From positions 1,830,001-1,862,000 of the forward strand of contig OZ252279.1 of the NCBI GenBank assembly GCA_965250005.1: a stretch of DNA of 32,000 nt, given 5' to 3'. Source of the DNA: Demequinaceae bacterium. GTDB lineage: Bacteria; Actinomycetota; Actinomycetes; Actinomycetales; Demequinaceae. The position numbers were made by a program, and so were the translations under genes. Numbering within the stretch: position 1 is the stretch's first letter; the number at the start of each line of letters is the position of its first letter. The notes beneath the pieces are model-generated. The model saw only the letters and a list, made by a program, of their open reading frames with translations, did no database searches and had not been told where the DNA came from. Shown in pieces: positions 9,301 to 17,460 of the stretch.

Positions 9301-10001
9301 GCACGCTCACCGAGCTCGCGCACGACAGGCTGCAGACCATCGCCGCCAACACCGACTTGGGCGCGGGTATGGCCGTCGCCATGAAGGACCTCGAGATCCG
9401 CGGCGCTGGCAACCTGCTGGGCGGCCAGCAATCTGGGTTTATCGAGGGCGTGGGGTTCGATCTCTACATCCGCATGGTGGGCGAGGCCGTCGCCGCGTTC
9501 CGGGGCGAGGGAGAAGATCAGGAACGCGCACCCATGACCATCGAAATGCCGATCGACGCCCACATCCCTGCCACGTACATCGAACACGAGAGGCTGCGGC
9601 TCGAGGCGTATCGCAAGATCGCCGACGCCGACGACGCCACCACACTTGAGGCCATCGCGGCGGAGCTCCGGGACCGCTACGGCGCTCCGCCTGAACCCGT
9701 CGAGGCACTGTTTGCGGTGGCGACCCTGCGGCTCGAGGTACGAGCCGCAGGCATCACCGACGTGGTGTCGCAGGGAAAGTACGTGCGATTCTCGCCGGTA
9801 GAGTTAGCCGACAGTGCGACGCTGCGCATCCGCCGGATCTACCCCGGAACCTTGTTCAAGCCCGCGTTGCGCCAAATCCTGGTACCGGCCGCCATGACGG
9901 CTCGTCTGGGCGGAGAGCCCATCTCCGGCTTTCCTGCGCTCGACTGGGTACGCGGAGTCATGGAAGCCGCCGCGCTGACTGCCGATAAGATCGCACCATG
10001 A
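6384..10001 (+). CDS. mfd: Transcription-repair coupling factor Mfd
   Basis: About 1200 aa. Contains a UvrB-homology N-terminal region (VVTATGRDAEAF...PAWETLPHERLSP), the CarD-like RID (GDYVVHEQHGVGKF), helicase motifs GDVGFGKTEVA, DEEQRFG, SATPIPRTL and LRGRVGR, and a TRG/C-terminal domain. The track start TTG at 6342 is possible; ATG at 6384 is preferred. Confidence 0.95.
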   Translation: MDEPAIAGPVVVPGRRNRAWRTVTDAPALAPILEALATDDALAGVTLSDAHVTAATAAAPALVALAARDARAAGAVDSTRLVVTATGRDAEAFAEALSAFIPHQRIALFPAWETLPHERLSPRADTVATRLATLRRLTHPQDVAQETSAPPLAVVVAPVRALMQPMVAGLADMEPVRARVGERHDLTVLAEALAGAAYTRVDMVERRGEFAVRGGIVDVFAPTDPHPVRVEFFGDEVESIRQFSVADQRSIEPATPADAPEFLWAPPCRELLLTDAIRSRARSLQDSIPAVADMLGRIASGVAVEGMESLIPVLVDRLVPLVDILPASIEVLAVEPERLARRAEDLIKTSHEFLGAAWASASAGAQSPLDLSGGSFIPLDEVHALATARGIAWGTVGPFGGADSAATGLADPEDFAGQIERALAAVKQRVADGWRVVFTTAGTGSAQRLTEQCGEVGIPARVQEQYEHIENVVSVVPRVTMRGWTAAGARLLVLSEADLTGRAGTAGGRKLRTATRRRNAVDPLQLRPGDYVVHEQHGVGKFVELTQRSVRGTDREYLVIEYAASKKGQAGDRLSVPTDQLDQVTKYVGGEAPSVNKMGGSDWAKSKGKARKAVKEIAAELIRLYSARMASKGREFGPDTPWQRELEEAFAFVETPDQLSTIDEVKEDMEKDVPMDRLVCGDVGFGKTEVAVRAAFKAIQDGAQVAVLVPTTLLVKQHVDTFAERFAQFPVKIAALSRFQTDKEARIVMEGMADGTIDLVIGTHRLLTGHARFKDLGLIIVDEEQRFGVEHKETLKAMRTNVDVLAMSATPIPRTLEMAVTGIREMSTLATPPEDRHPILTYVGPHEDQQVIAAIRRELLRDGQVFYIHNTVSSINRVAAQLQDMVPEARIVVAHGQMGEHQLEQAIVDYYDKKFDVLVCTTIVETGLDISNANTLIVDHAEKFGLSQLHQLRGRVGRARERAYAYFLYPPDRTLTELAHDRLQTIAANTDLGAGMAVAMKDLEIRGAGNLLGGQQSGFIEGVGFDLYIRMVGEAVAAFRGEGEDQERAPMTIEMPIDAHIPATYIEHERLRLEAYRKIADADDATTLEAIAAELRDRYGAPPEPVEALFAVATLRLEVRAAGITDVVSQGKYVRFSPVELADSATLRIRRIYPGTLFKPALRQILVPAAMTARLGGEPISGFPALDWVRGVMEAAALTADKIAP

Positions 10002-10639
10002 TCTTGAGCGAAAACCGGCCTCCAGCGAGCCGCCACGCTTTGGTAGGCGCGTTCGCGGCTGCCGTTCTCGCCCTCGCTGGCTGCGCCGTCACTGGTGCGG
10101 ACGGTGATCCAGGTATAGCGACCGACTACGCGGGCATGACCCACACGCACGAAGACGTCGACGCGCGCTTCGCGACCATGGTCGACCTGGGGCAGGCCAG
10201 CCACCCTGGCGTGGCCGCAACCCAGCTGGTGCTCGGTCCGTCGCTTGTCGCGCTCGCAAGCAAGTACGAGCCCACCTTCACGGAGGAAGAGGCGCGCCGA
10301 GCGGCGGTCATCTGGATGGCCGAAAACAGGTTGCACCAGAGTGAGCCGACAGCCGAGATGATGACGGTTGTTCGCGAGTCGCGCGCGCTGTTCGTCCTCA
10401 CGCACTCTGCCCCGGGCGCGACGGAACTGCTCACACTGGTGTTGGATGTCCAGGACAACGCGGTTGTGTCGCCCCGCTATGGCACGTTCAAACTGGCCGC
10501 GTTTGATCAGTCGTTGCAGTTCGCGTTCTCCACCTACGATCTGCTCGAGTCCCAGTTTGACGGCGTGCCGTTTAGGGCGTTCTCAGAGATGCGCGGCTTC
10601 TACGACGTTGCCGACGCCGACTGGATTTCGCGTGACTAA
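9998..10639 (+). CDS. Putative lipoprotein of unknown function (213 aa)
   Basis: The ATG overlaps the mfd stop (ATGA, 9998-10001). N-terminus MILSENRPPASRHALVGAFAAAVLALAGC has lipobox LAGC. I recognise no catalytic motif. An actinobacterial lipoprotein (lpqU in M. tuberculosis) lies in the same mfd-mazG-eno neighbourhood. Confidence 0.7.
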   Translation: MILSENRPPASRHALVGAFAAAVLALAGCAVTGADGDPGIATDYAGMTHTHEDVDARFATMVDLGQASHPGVAATQLVLGPSLVALASKYEPTFTEEEARRAAVIWMAENRLHQSEPTAEMMTVVRESRALFVLTHSAPGATELLTLVLDVQDNAVVSPRYGTFKLAAFDQSLQFAFSTYDLLESQFDGVPFRAFSEMRGFYDVADADWISRD

Positions 10640-10651
10640 CGCGGTCCGCAC

Positions 10652-11278
10652 GTGACCACAGGGATTCAGCGCCTCGTCGAGGTGATGGACACGCTCCGAT
10701 CCCCGGGCGGCTGCCCGTGGGACGCTGAGCAAACGCACGAGTCCCTGGTCCGTTACGCGCTCGAAGAGGTCTACGAGCTGGCCGACGCCGTTGAGACCGG
10801 CGACCGCGCCGAGCTCCGCGAGGAGCTGGGTGATGTGCTGCTCCAAGTGGTGTTTCACGCGCGCGTGGCACAAGACCACCCTGACGACCCCTTCACTATT
10901 GACGATGTGGCCAACGCCTGCGCCGACAAGCTGGTGGAGCGGCACCCGCACGTGTTCGGGGACGCCGAGCCAGAGGACATGGCGGCGCTCCACGCCCAGT
11001 GGGACAAGATCAAGGCCGAGTCGAAGAGTCGCGAGTCGATTCTGGAGGGCATCCCCGTTTCTCAGCCCGCGCTCGCGCGCGCGCAGCAGGTCCTCTCCCG
11101 TGCTCAACGGGCGGGGCTCGCCTACCAGGACGGGGCGGGGGTGGGCATCGGCAAGCAATTGCTTGAGCTGGTGGCACGCGCCCAGGCCGAGGGCGTGAAC
11201 GCCGAAGGCGAGTTGCGAGCGGCCGTCCGCTCGCTCGAGGACGCCGTCCGTCAGGCCGAGGCCGACGCCAAGCTGTAA
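10652..11278 (+). CDS. mazG: MazG-family nucleoside triphosphate pyrophosphohydrolase
   Basis: GTG start. Motifs RSPGGCPWDAEQTHESLVRYALEEVYELADAVE and EELGDVLLQVVFHA (EExxE/D MazG motif). Conserved position between mfd and eno. Confidence 0.9.
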   Translation: MTTGIQRLVEVMDTLRSPGGCPWDAEQTHESLVRYALEEVYELADAVETGDRAELREELGDVLLQVVFHARVAQDHPDDPFTIDDVANACADKLVERHPHVFGDAEPEDMAALHAQWDKIKAESKSRESILEGIPVSQPALARAQQVLSRAQRAGLAYQDGAGVGIGKQLLELVARAQAEGVNAEGELRAAVRSLEDAVRQAEADAKL

Positions 11279-12682
<1,404 letters not shown>

Positions 12683-12747
12683 CGCTGGTCGCTTAATCCT
12701 TCAACTCGCTGCCTAGGCGGCGGTCAACCGACGCGGCGCGCCGGACA

Positions 12748-13335
12748 ATGGTGAGCATGAGTGCTCTGAATCGTCCTGGTGCGCCGCGTTCGTCGTCTCG
12801 AGGCACCCCACGGACCGACCCGCGCGGGACGCGGCGCGCGGATGCGCGTGGGACGCGACGTGTGGAGACGGGCTCGACTCGCAAGGTGAGCGGGCGGTCA
12901 GCCACGTCCGTCTCGGGCGGGGGAGGTGCGCCGGCGTCTGCGGCCGCCACGCTGTCCTGGCGCGCGGTGGTCCTCACCGTAGTGGTGGTCCTCGCGCTCG
13001 CCGTGCTGTTGCCGTCGCTGCGCGCGTACGTGCGCCAGCAGGACCAGCTCGCGGAGCTACGAGCCCAGGTGGGAGACGCGAGCGCCGAGGTCGCCGAGCT
13101 CGAGGCCGAAGTGGCCCGTTGGGGTGACCCGGCGTACGTGGTGGCCCAGGCGCGCGAACGGCTGTCGTATGTGTTTCCAGGCGAGCGCCCGTTCCGGGTG
13201 ATCGACCCGGAGTTCGTTGCGCCGCTAGATCCGGCCACGGGTGCGCCGGCACTCCCCGGCGACGACGCCCCTATCGACCCCTGGTACCAGACGCTGTGGG
13301 GCTCGTTCGAGGCAGCCGGAACAACCGACGCGTGA
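12748..13335 (+). CDS. ftsB: Septum formation initiator family protein (FtsB/DivIC-like)
   Basis: Arg-rich cytoplasmic N-terminus, one TM helix (VVLTVVVVLALAVLLPSL), a coiled coil (YVRQQDQLAELRAQVGDASAEVAELEAEVARW), then DPAYVVAQARERLSYVFPGE. It sits after eno, like Rv1024. Confidence 0.85.
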   Translation: MVSMSALNRPGAPRSSSRGTPRTDPRGTRRADARGTRRVETGSTRKVSGRSATSVSGGGGAPASAAATLSWRAVVLTVVVVLALAVLLPSLRAYVRQQDQLAELRAQVGDASAEVAELEAEVARWGDPAYVVAQARERLSYVFPGERPFRVIDPEFVAPLDPATGAPALPGDDAPIDPWYQTLWGSFEAAGTTDA

Positions 13336-13366
13336 CAGTTCACAGGCGCGTGAAAGAATCGGCTCC

Positions 13367-13891
13367 GTGAATGCAAACCCGGCGGGCGCAGGTCCTGACG
13401 TTACCGAGGCTGACGTAGCCGTGCTCCGCGGCCAACTGGGCCGGGAGCCGCGTGGGATGGTGGCGATTGGCGCGCGCTGCGCGTGCGGCAACCCGACCGT
13501 CGTCAAGACGGCGCCTCGACTAGACGACGGGACCCCGTTCCCCACGCTCTATTACCTGACGCACCCCGGCGCCGTGAGCGCGGTCTCCACGCTCGAGGCG
13601 AACGGCGTGATGAAGGACATGACTGCCGCGCTCGCCGAGGACGAGGAGCTCGCGGTCGGCTACCGTGCGGCTCACCAGGCGTACCTGGCAGACCGCGCGG
13701 AGCTCGGTGCTGTACCCGAGATCGACGGAATCAGCGCAGGCGGTATGCCTGATCGCGTGAAGTGCTTGCACGTGCTCGCGGGCCACGCGCTCGCGGCCGG
13801 TCCCGGTGTGAACCCGCTGGGCGACCGGGCGCTCGAGATGATCGCCCACGCGTGGCGCCCCGACAGGTGCACTTGCGCGGAGTTCGCGTAG
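13367..13891 (+). CDS. DUF501 domain protein
   Basis: GTG at 13367, 29 nt after the ftsB stop. Motifs RCACGNPTVVKTAPRLDDGTPFPTLYYLTHP and VKCLHVLAGHALA. Conserved ftsB-DUF501-ppx context (Rv1025-like). The track ORF start at 13241 would overlap ftsB by 95 nt. Confidence 0.85.
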   Translation: MNANPAGAGPDVTEADVAVLRGQLGREPRGMVAIGARCACGNPTVVKTAPRLDDGTPFPTLYYLTHPGAVSAVSTLEANGVMKDMTAALAEDEELAVGYRAAHQAYLADRAELGAVPEIDGISAGGMPDRVKCLHVLAGHALAAGPGVNPLGDRALEMIAHAWRPDRCTCAEFA

Positions 13892-13892
13892 A

Positions 13893-16178
13893 TCAGTTTT
13901 TCGGTTTGCGGGTCATAGCCCAGGCAAAGGCGATCATCGCGAGAACAACGACTGAACCGATCGCGATGACGAGCGTGCGATTTCCAGCCGTGTCGTCGGG
14001 GCTCTTGCTGCTCGAAGAATCTGAATCACCAACATCAAGTTCTGGATCCACCACCCCGTTTAGCGAGCCTTCAAGCGATGCGAGGAACGCGTCGCCGGGG
14101 CCGTCGCCGGGCGCCATTCCCCGCGCGAGTTCCAGGTCCGCCGCCAAGGCAGCCATCGATTGGCTGTCGAGCGGATCGATAAGGGTTATGTAGGCGCGTA
14201 CCTCGTCAACGGAGAAGCCGAGATCCAGCGATGTCAACTTGATGACGAGCGGCGCGCTGTCGATTTGAATGAGAGCGCTCTCAATGTTGAGCGTTACGGA
14301 CTCAGTCGCATCGGCCGCGATTGTCTGCCGCTGACTGCCGAGCAGGGTTCCATCCCACGTGCTCGTCACGATCGCAAACTCTGCGTCCGTGTTGCCGAGG
14401 TTCGACACTTCAACCACCACAGACTGGCCCGGCTGGCTCAGAAGCATGACGTTCGGGCCGATGTGGCTGATCGCGCCGTCTCCGTCTGCGGCGAGAACGT
14501 CGAACGCCTCCGCGATTTCTCGCGTTAACTCGTCCACATCTTCACTGAGTACGAGGGGCGGCGCGGCGTCTCCAAGGTCCCCGACCGACCCGCCGTCGAA
14601 GCGAATGTTTGCCCAGTCGTCGTGAGGCGCACCTCGCGAGTAGTCGAGGCGCTCGGTGGGCGTGATCCCCTCGAGTTGGTAGGCGTAGTTCATGATGCTC
14701 TGGTACGTCGCGTCCCACTGAAACTCTGTGTCGTTGGGCCCCCCGTGTTTGAGCGACAGGTTGTGGCCCAACTCGTGCATGAGGGTACCGCGCTCTTGAA
14801 CTCGCGAGAAGGCATTTGTTGGCCCGGTGAGGTTCCCCTGCATCACCATGAGATCCGATCCCGGTAGACCACGCGACAAGCCAGAACTGCCCGAGGCGCC
14901 TTGCCGCTCACCGTAGATCACATAGTGAAAGACGTCCCATCGAACGGAATCGAAGTTGTCGGCCTTGATTGCGTCGAACTCAGACCAGTTGTACACGGAC
15001 GCGCCGCCGGCAACTTCGTACACGCCGAGGTTCGGGTCCCACGCGACGCTGTTCCCGCCGCCTTGAGAGTCCCACGTGCCGCCGTCCGCTGTTGTTGAAT
15101 CAGGTCCGGCGTCGATATGGAGCGTGATGCCGTTGCTGCCGTCCGGGTTGGGATGTGGAGCCGTAGCGAAAGCATCAACCACGTCTTGAAGGGCTTGTGC
15201 GCTCGGAACCACGGATTGACCTCCCCAGCAGAGTAAGTTGAGGCACGTTTGCGGTTCGACCATCCAGTCAATCTCCAGGAAGATGTCGGCCCGCTCCGGG
15301 TCCGCACCCAGAGCCGCCAGGTCAAGCTCCGGGATGCCGTCGCCGTCGTAGTCAACGCCGTCGGTCTCCCATGAATCCGGCAGGCCGTCGCCGTCCGTGT
15401 CCGTCAGGGAACTAACCCCGCGGTCACAGTTGTTTCCGTAGAGCCACCGGAAGTTGTCGAGCAGCACGGCCGAGTCGTAGACTGAGTCGCCTACGTCCTG
15501 GATCGAGAGAATCAACGTGGCATTTCCTGCGTTGTTCTTTTCAATCTTGCTTACCGCAACCAACGCCTCGGTTGATCCGTCCATGCGTGTTCCCGTCGCA
15601 GGGGCGAAGCCGAGCACCGTATTGACGGAGATAAAATTGCCGTCGGTGTCGTAGGCGAAATTATTGGGTGCAGCGACCTGCGACCCGGCGGACATGAAGA
15701 ACTCGCTCTCGTTCAGTTCAGCCGTGAAGATGTCGTTGAATTGAACGCCGATGTATTCGGGGTACTCCTCAGACATGAACTGAAAGTCGAACGCCATGCA
15801 GGTGGCGGCAGCTGGAGGTGTGACTTCGAAGCGAACCGACGTGAGGTCGTTGCCGTCGGCACCCTGGTTAGCGAACGGAAGGTCAGTCGATATGAACTCT
15901 CCCGGACTGCCGCCAACCACCGCCGATGCGTCACCCGTCGACAGGATCAGGTAGCTGCCACCCGCGCGCGGGAAGGAGCCGATCGTGGTCGACGAGACGA
16001 GGACGGACGAAGAGTCGGCGCCCAACGTGGCGGATACGTACGGCCCGAGGTCGAGTGCAGCCGCAATCGTGTCTTTGGACTCAATCGACGCGGCAGAACT
16101 ACCGCTCAGGGCGACTAGCACTACAGCGGCCGCCGCCCCTACGAGCGACCCGCGTATCCAAGTTCCGGGCATCGCCAT
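13893..16178 (-). CDS. Secreted, membrane-anchored zinc metalloprotease (metzincin-like) with an N-terminal choice-of-anchor-L-like domain and thrombospondin-type-3-like calcium-binding repeats
   Basis: Signal peptide MAMPGTWIRGSLVGAAAAVVLVALSGSSAAS (start ATG 16178 or 16172). CMAFDFQFMSEEYPEYIGVQFNDIFTAELN matches the choice-of-anchor L motif as I remember it. DTDGDGLPDSWE and DYDGDGIPELD are Ca-binding repeats. The zinc site HELGHNLSLKH lies at 14745-14777, with a downstream SIMNY Met-turn. The C-terminus has an acidic/Ser stretch, a TM helix and a TRKPKN tail. Confidence 0.85.
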   Translation of the reverse strand: MAMPGTWIRGSLVGAAAAVVLVALSGSSAASIESKDTIAAALDLGPYVSATLGADSSSVLVSSTTIGSFPRAGGSYLILSTGDASAVVGGSPGEFISTDLPFANQGADGNDLTSVRFEVTPPAAATCMAFDFQFMSEEYPEYIGVQFNDIFTAELNESEFFMSAGSQVAAPNNFAYDTDGNFISVNTVLGFAPATGTRMDGSTEALVAVSKIEKNNAGNATLILSIQDVGDSVYDSAVLLDNFRWLYGNNCDRGVSSLTDTDGDGLPDSWETDGVDYDGDGIPELDLAALGADPERADIFLEIDWMVEPQTCLNLLCWGGQSVVPSAQALQDVVDAFATAPHPNPDGSNGITLHIDAGPDSTTADGGTWDSQGGGNSVAWDPNLGVYEVAGGASVYNWSEFDAIKADNFDSVRWDVFHYVIYGERQGASGSSGLSRGLPGSDLMVMQGNLTGPTNAFSRVQERGTLMHELGHNLSLKHGGPNDTEFQWDATYQSIMNYAYQLEGITPTERLDYSRGAPHDDWANIRFDGGSVGDLGDAAPPLVLSEDVDELTREIAEAFDVLAADGDGAISHIGPNVMLLSQPGQSVVVEVSNLGNTDAEFAIVTSTWDGTLLGSQRQTIAADATESVTLNIESALIQIDSAPLVIKLTSLDLGFSVDEVRAYITLIDPLDSQSMAALAADLELARGMAPGDGPGDAFLASLEGSLNGVVDPELDVGDSDSSSSKSPDDTAGNRTLVIAIGSVVVLAMIAFAWAMTRKPKN

Positions 16179-16298
16179 CGATACTCCACGTCCGCGCGAC
16201 CGCGGCGGCACGTCCGCGTCGCGCAATGATTGCTCAGGTTGGTACAACGGTATATGCGGGTAAGGCGGGTTCGCAAGGTTCTCGGGGCTTCGCGCCGG

Positions 16299-16304
16299 TA
16301 GTGT
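16299..16304 (+). promoter_or_regulatory. Candidate -10 hexamer (TAGTGT) giving a leaderless ppx/gppA transcript
   Basis: A TANNNT hexamer ends 6 nt before the ATG at 16311, and there is no Shine-Dalgarno sequence in between. This is the typical geometry of actinobacterial leaderless mRNAs. Pattern match only. Confidence 0.35.
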
Positions 16305-16310
16305 GGCCGC

Positions 16311-17300
16311 ATGCCACGCGTCGCGGCCGTTGATTGCGGCACCAACTCCATCCGCCTGTTGATCGCCGACGTCGATCCGGACGCCGGGACTCTCACCGAC
16401 GTGGTGCGCATCATGAAGGTGGTGCGCCTGGGCCAGGGCGTCGACAAGACGGGCCAGCTCGCGCCAGAGGCGCTCGAACGCACGCTCTCAGCGACCGACG
16501 AGTATGCGGCTCTCTGTGGCGAACACGGTGTGGCGCCGGAGGCGATCCGATTTGTCGCCACGTCGGCGACGCGCGACGCGAGCAACCGGCGGGAGTTTGT
16601 CGACGGCGTGCGCGAGCGGCTGAGCGTCGAGCCTGAGGTGGTCTCGGGTGAGGACGAGGCCGAACTGAGTTTCCGCGGCGCCACCTCCGTGCTCACTGCG
16701 CTCGGCGCCGATGGGGAGCCCACGCACCCGGGCCCGTACCTCGTCGTGGACCTAGGCGGCGGCTCGACGGAGATCGTGCTGGGAACCACGGAGCCAACCG
16801 CGTCACACAGCATGGACATTGGCTGTGTGCGCATGACGGAGCGCCATCTGCTCTCCGACCCGCCGACCGATGCGGAGCTCGTCGCCGCCGTGACCGATGT
16901 GCACGCGGCGATCGCGGCCGCCGAGCGAAAGGTCCCGTTCGCCGAGGCCCGCACGCTGGTGGGTCTCGCCGGCTCGATCACGACTGTCACCGCGCATGCT
17001 CTCGGGCTCACGGAGTACAGCCCGGACGCGATCGATGGCGCGGTCGTCACCCAGGATCAGATTGTCGCGTCGTGCGCGGCACTCACGCGTGCCACACGGG
17101 AGCAGCGCGCGGCGATGCCGTTCATGCACCCGGGCCGCGTTGACGTGATCGGCGCGGGCGCTCTGGTGTGGATGCTCGTCGTCACGCAGGTCGCAGCCGC
17201 CGTTGAGGCCGCCGGTGGCGAGCTGACGTCGGCCGTCACCAGCGAGCACGACATCCTGGACGGTATTGCGTGGTCCGTCGCGGACCGCACCGCAGCCTGA
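16311..17300 (+). CDS. Ppx/GppA family phosphatase (exopolyphosphatase-like)
   Basis: ASKHA-fold motifs AAVDCGTNSIRLLIADV and VVDLGGGSTEIV; 329 aa. Rv1026-like position after DUF501. Confidence 0.9.
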   Translation: MPRVAAVDCGTNSIRLLIADVDPDAGTLTDVVRIMKVVRLGQGVDKTGQLAPEALERTLSATDEYAALCGEHGVAPEAIRFVATSATRDASNRREFVDGVRERLSVEPEVVSGEDEAELSFRGATSVLTALGADGEPTHPGPYLVVDLGGGSTEIVLGTTEPTASHSMDIGCVRMTERHLLSDPPTDAELVAAVTDVHAAIAAAERKVPFAEARTLVGLAGSITTVTAHALGLTEYSPDAIDGAVVTQDQIVASCAALTRATREQRAAMPFMHPGRVDVIGAGALVWMLVVTQVAAAVEAAGGELTSAVTSEHDILDGIAWSVADRTAA

Positions 17301-17312
17301 CACAATCGAGTT

Positions 17313-17389
17313 GCCCCCGTAGCCCAATTGGCAGAGGCGGCCGACTTAAAATCGGTACAGTGCGGGTTCGATCCCCGCCGGGGGCACCA
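17313..17389 (+). tRNA. tRNA with anticodon UAA (nominally tRNA-Leu, UUA reader), 77 nt with encoded CCA; class I-like fold
   Basis: Hand-folded cloverleaf. Acceptor stem GCCCCCG (17313-17319) pairs with CGGGGGC (17379-17385). D arm is GCCC-AATTGGCAG-AGGC. Anticodon stem is GCCGA/TCGGT with loop CTTAAAA and anticodon TAA at 17347-17349. The variable loop is ACAGT, 5 nt only. T arm is GCGGG-TTCGATC-CCCGC. Discriminator is A, followed by CCA. Confidence 0.85.
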
Positions 17390-17460
17390 AGGATTGTCCT
17401 GGGCGCGCTATTCGTTACATCTTTGTAGACTGACTCTCGACTACTGACAGAGGAGGGGTT

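Noticed and set aside
14526-14528. In-frame TTA codon in the metalloprotease about 2.8 kb from the tRNA(UAA) gene, considered as a bldA-style regulatory pairing
   Set aside because: The housekeeping gene prs also has an in-frame TTA (1387-1389). TTA is therefore not confined to accessory or developmental genes here, and a bldA-like switch is not supported by this window.
16139-17050. 303-aa minus-strand ORF overlapping the protease start and ppx
   Set aside because: It is antisense to the well-supported Ppx/GppA gene, and its product is a Ser/Ala/Thr/Arg-rich featureless sequence.
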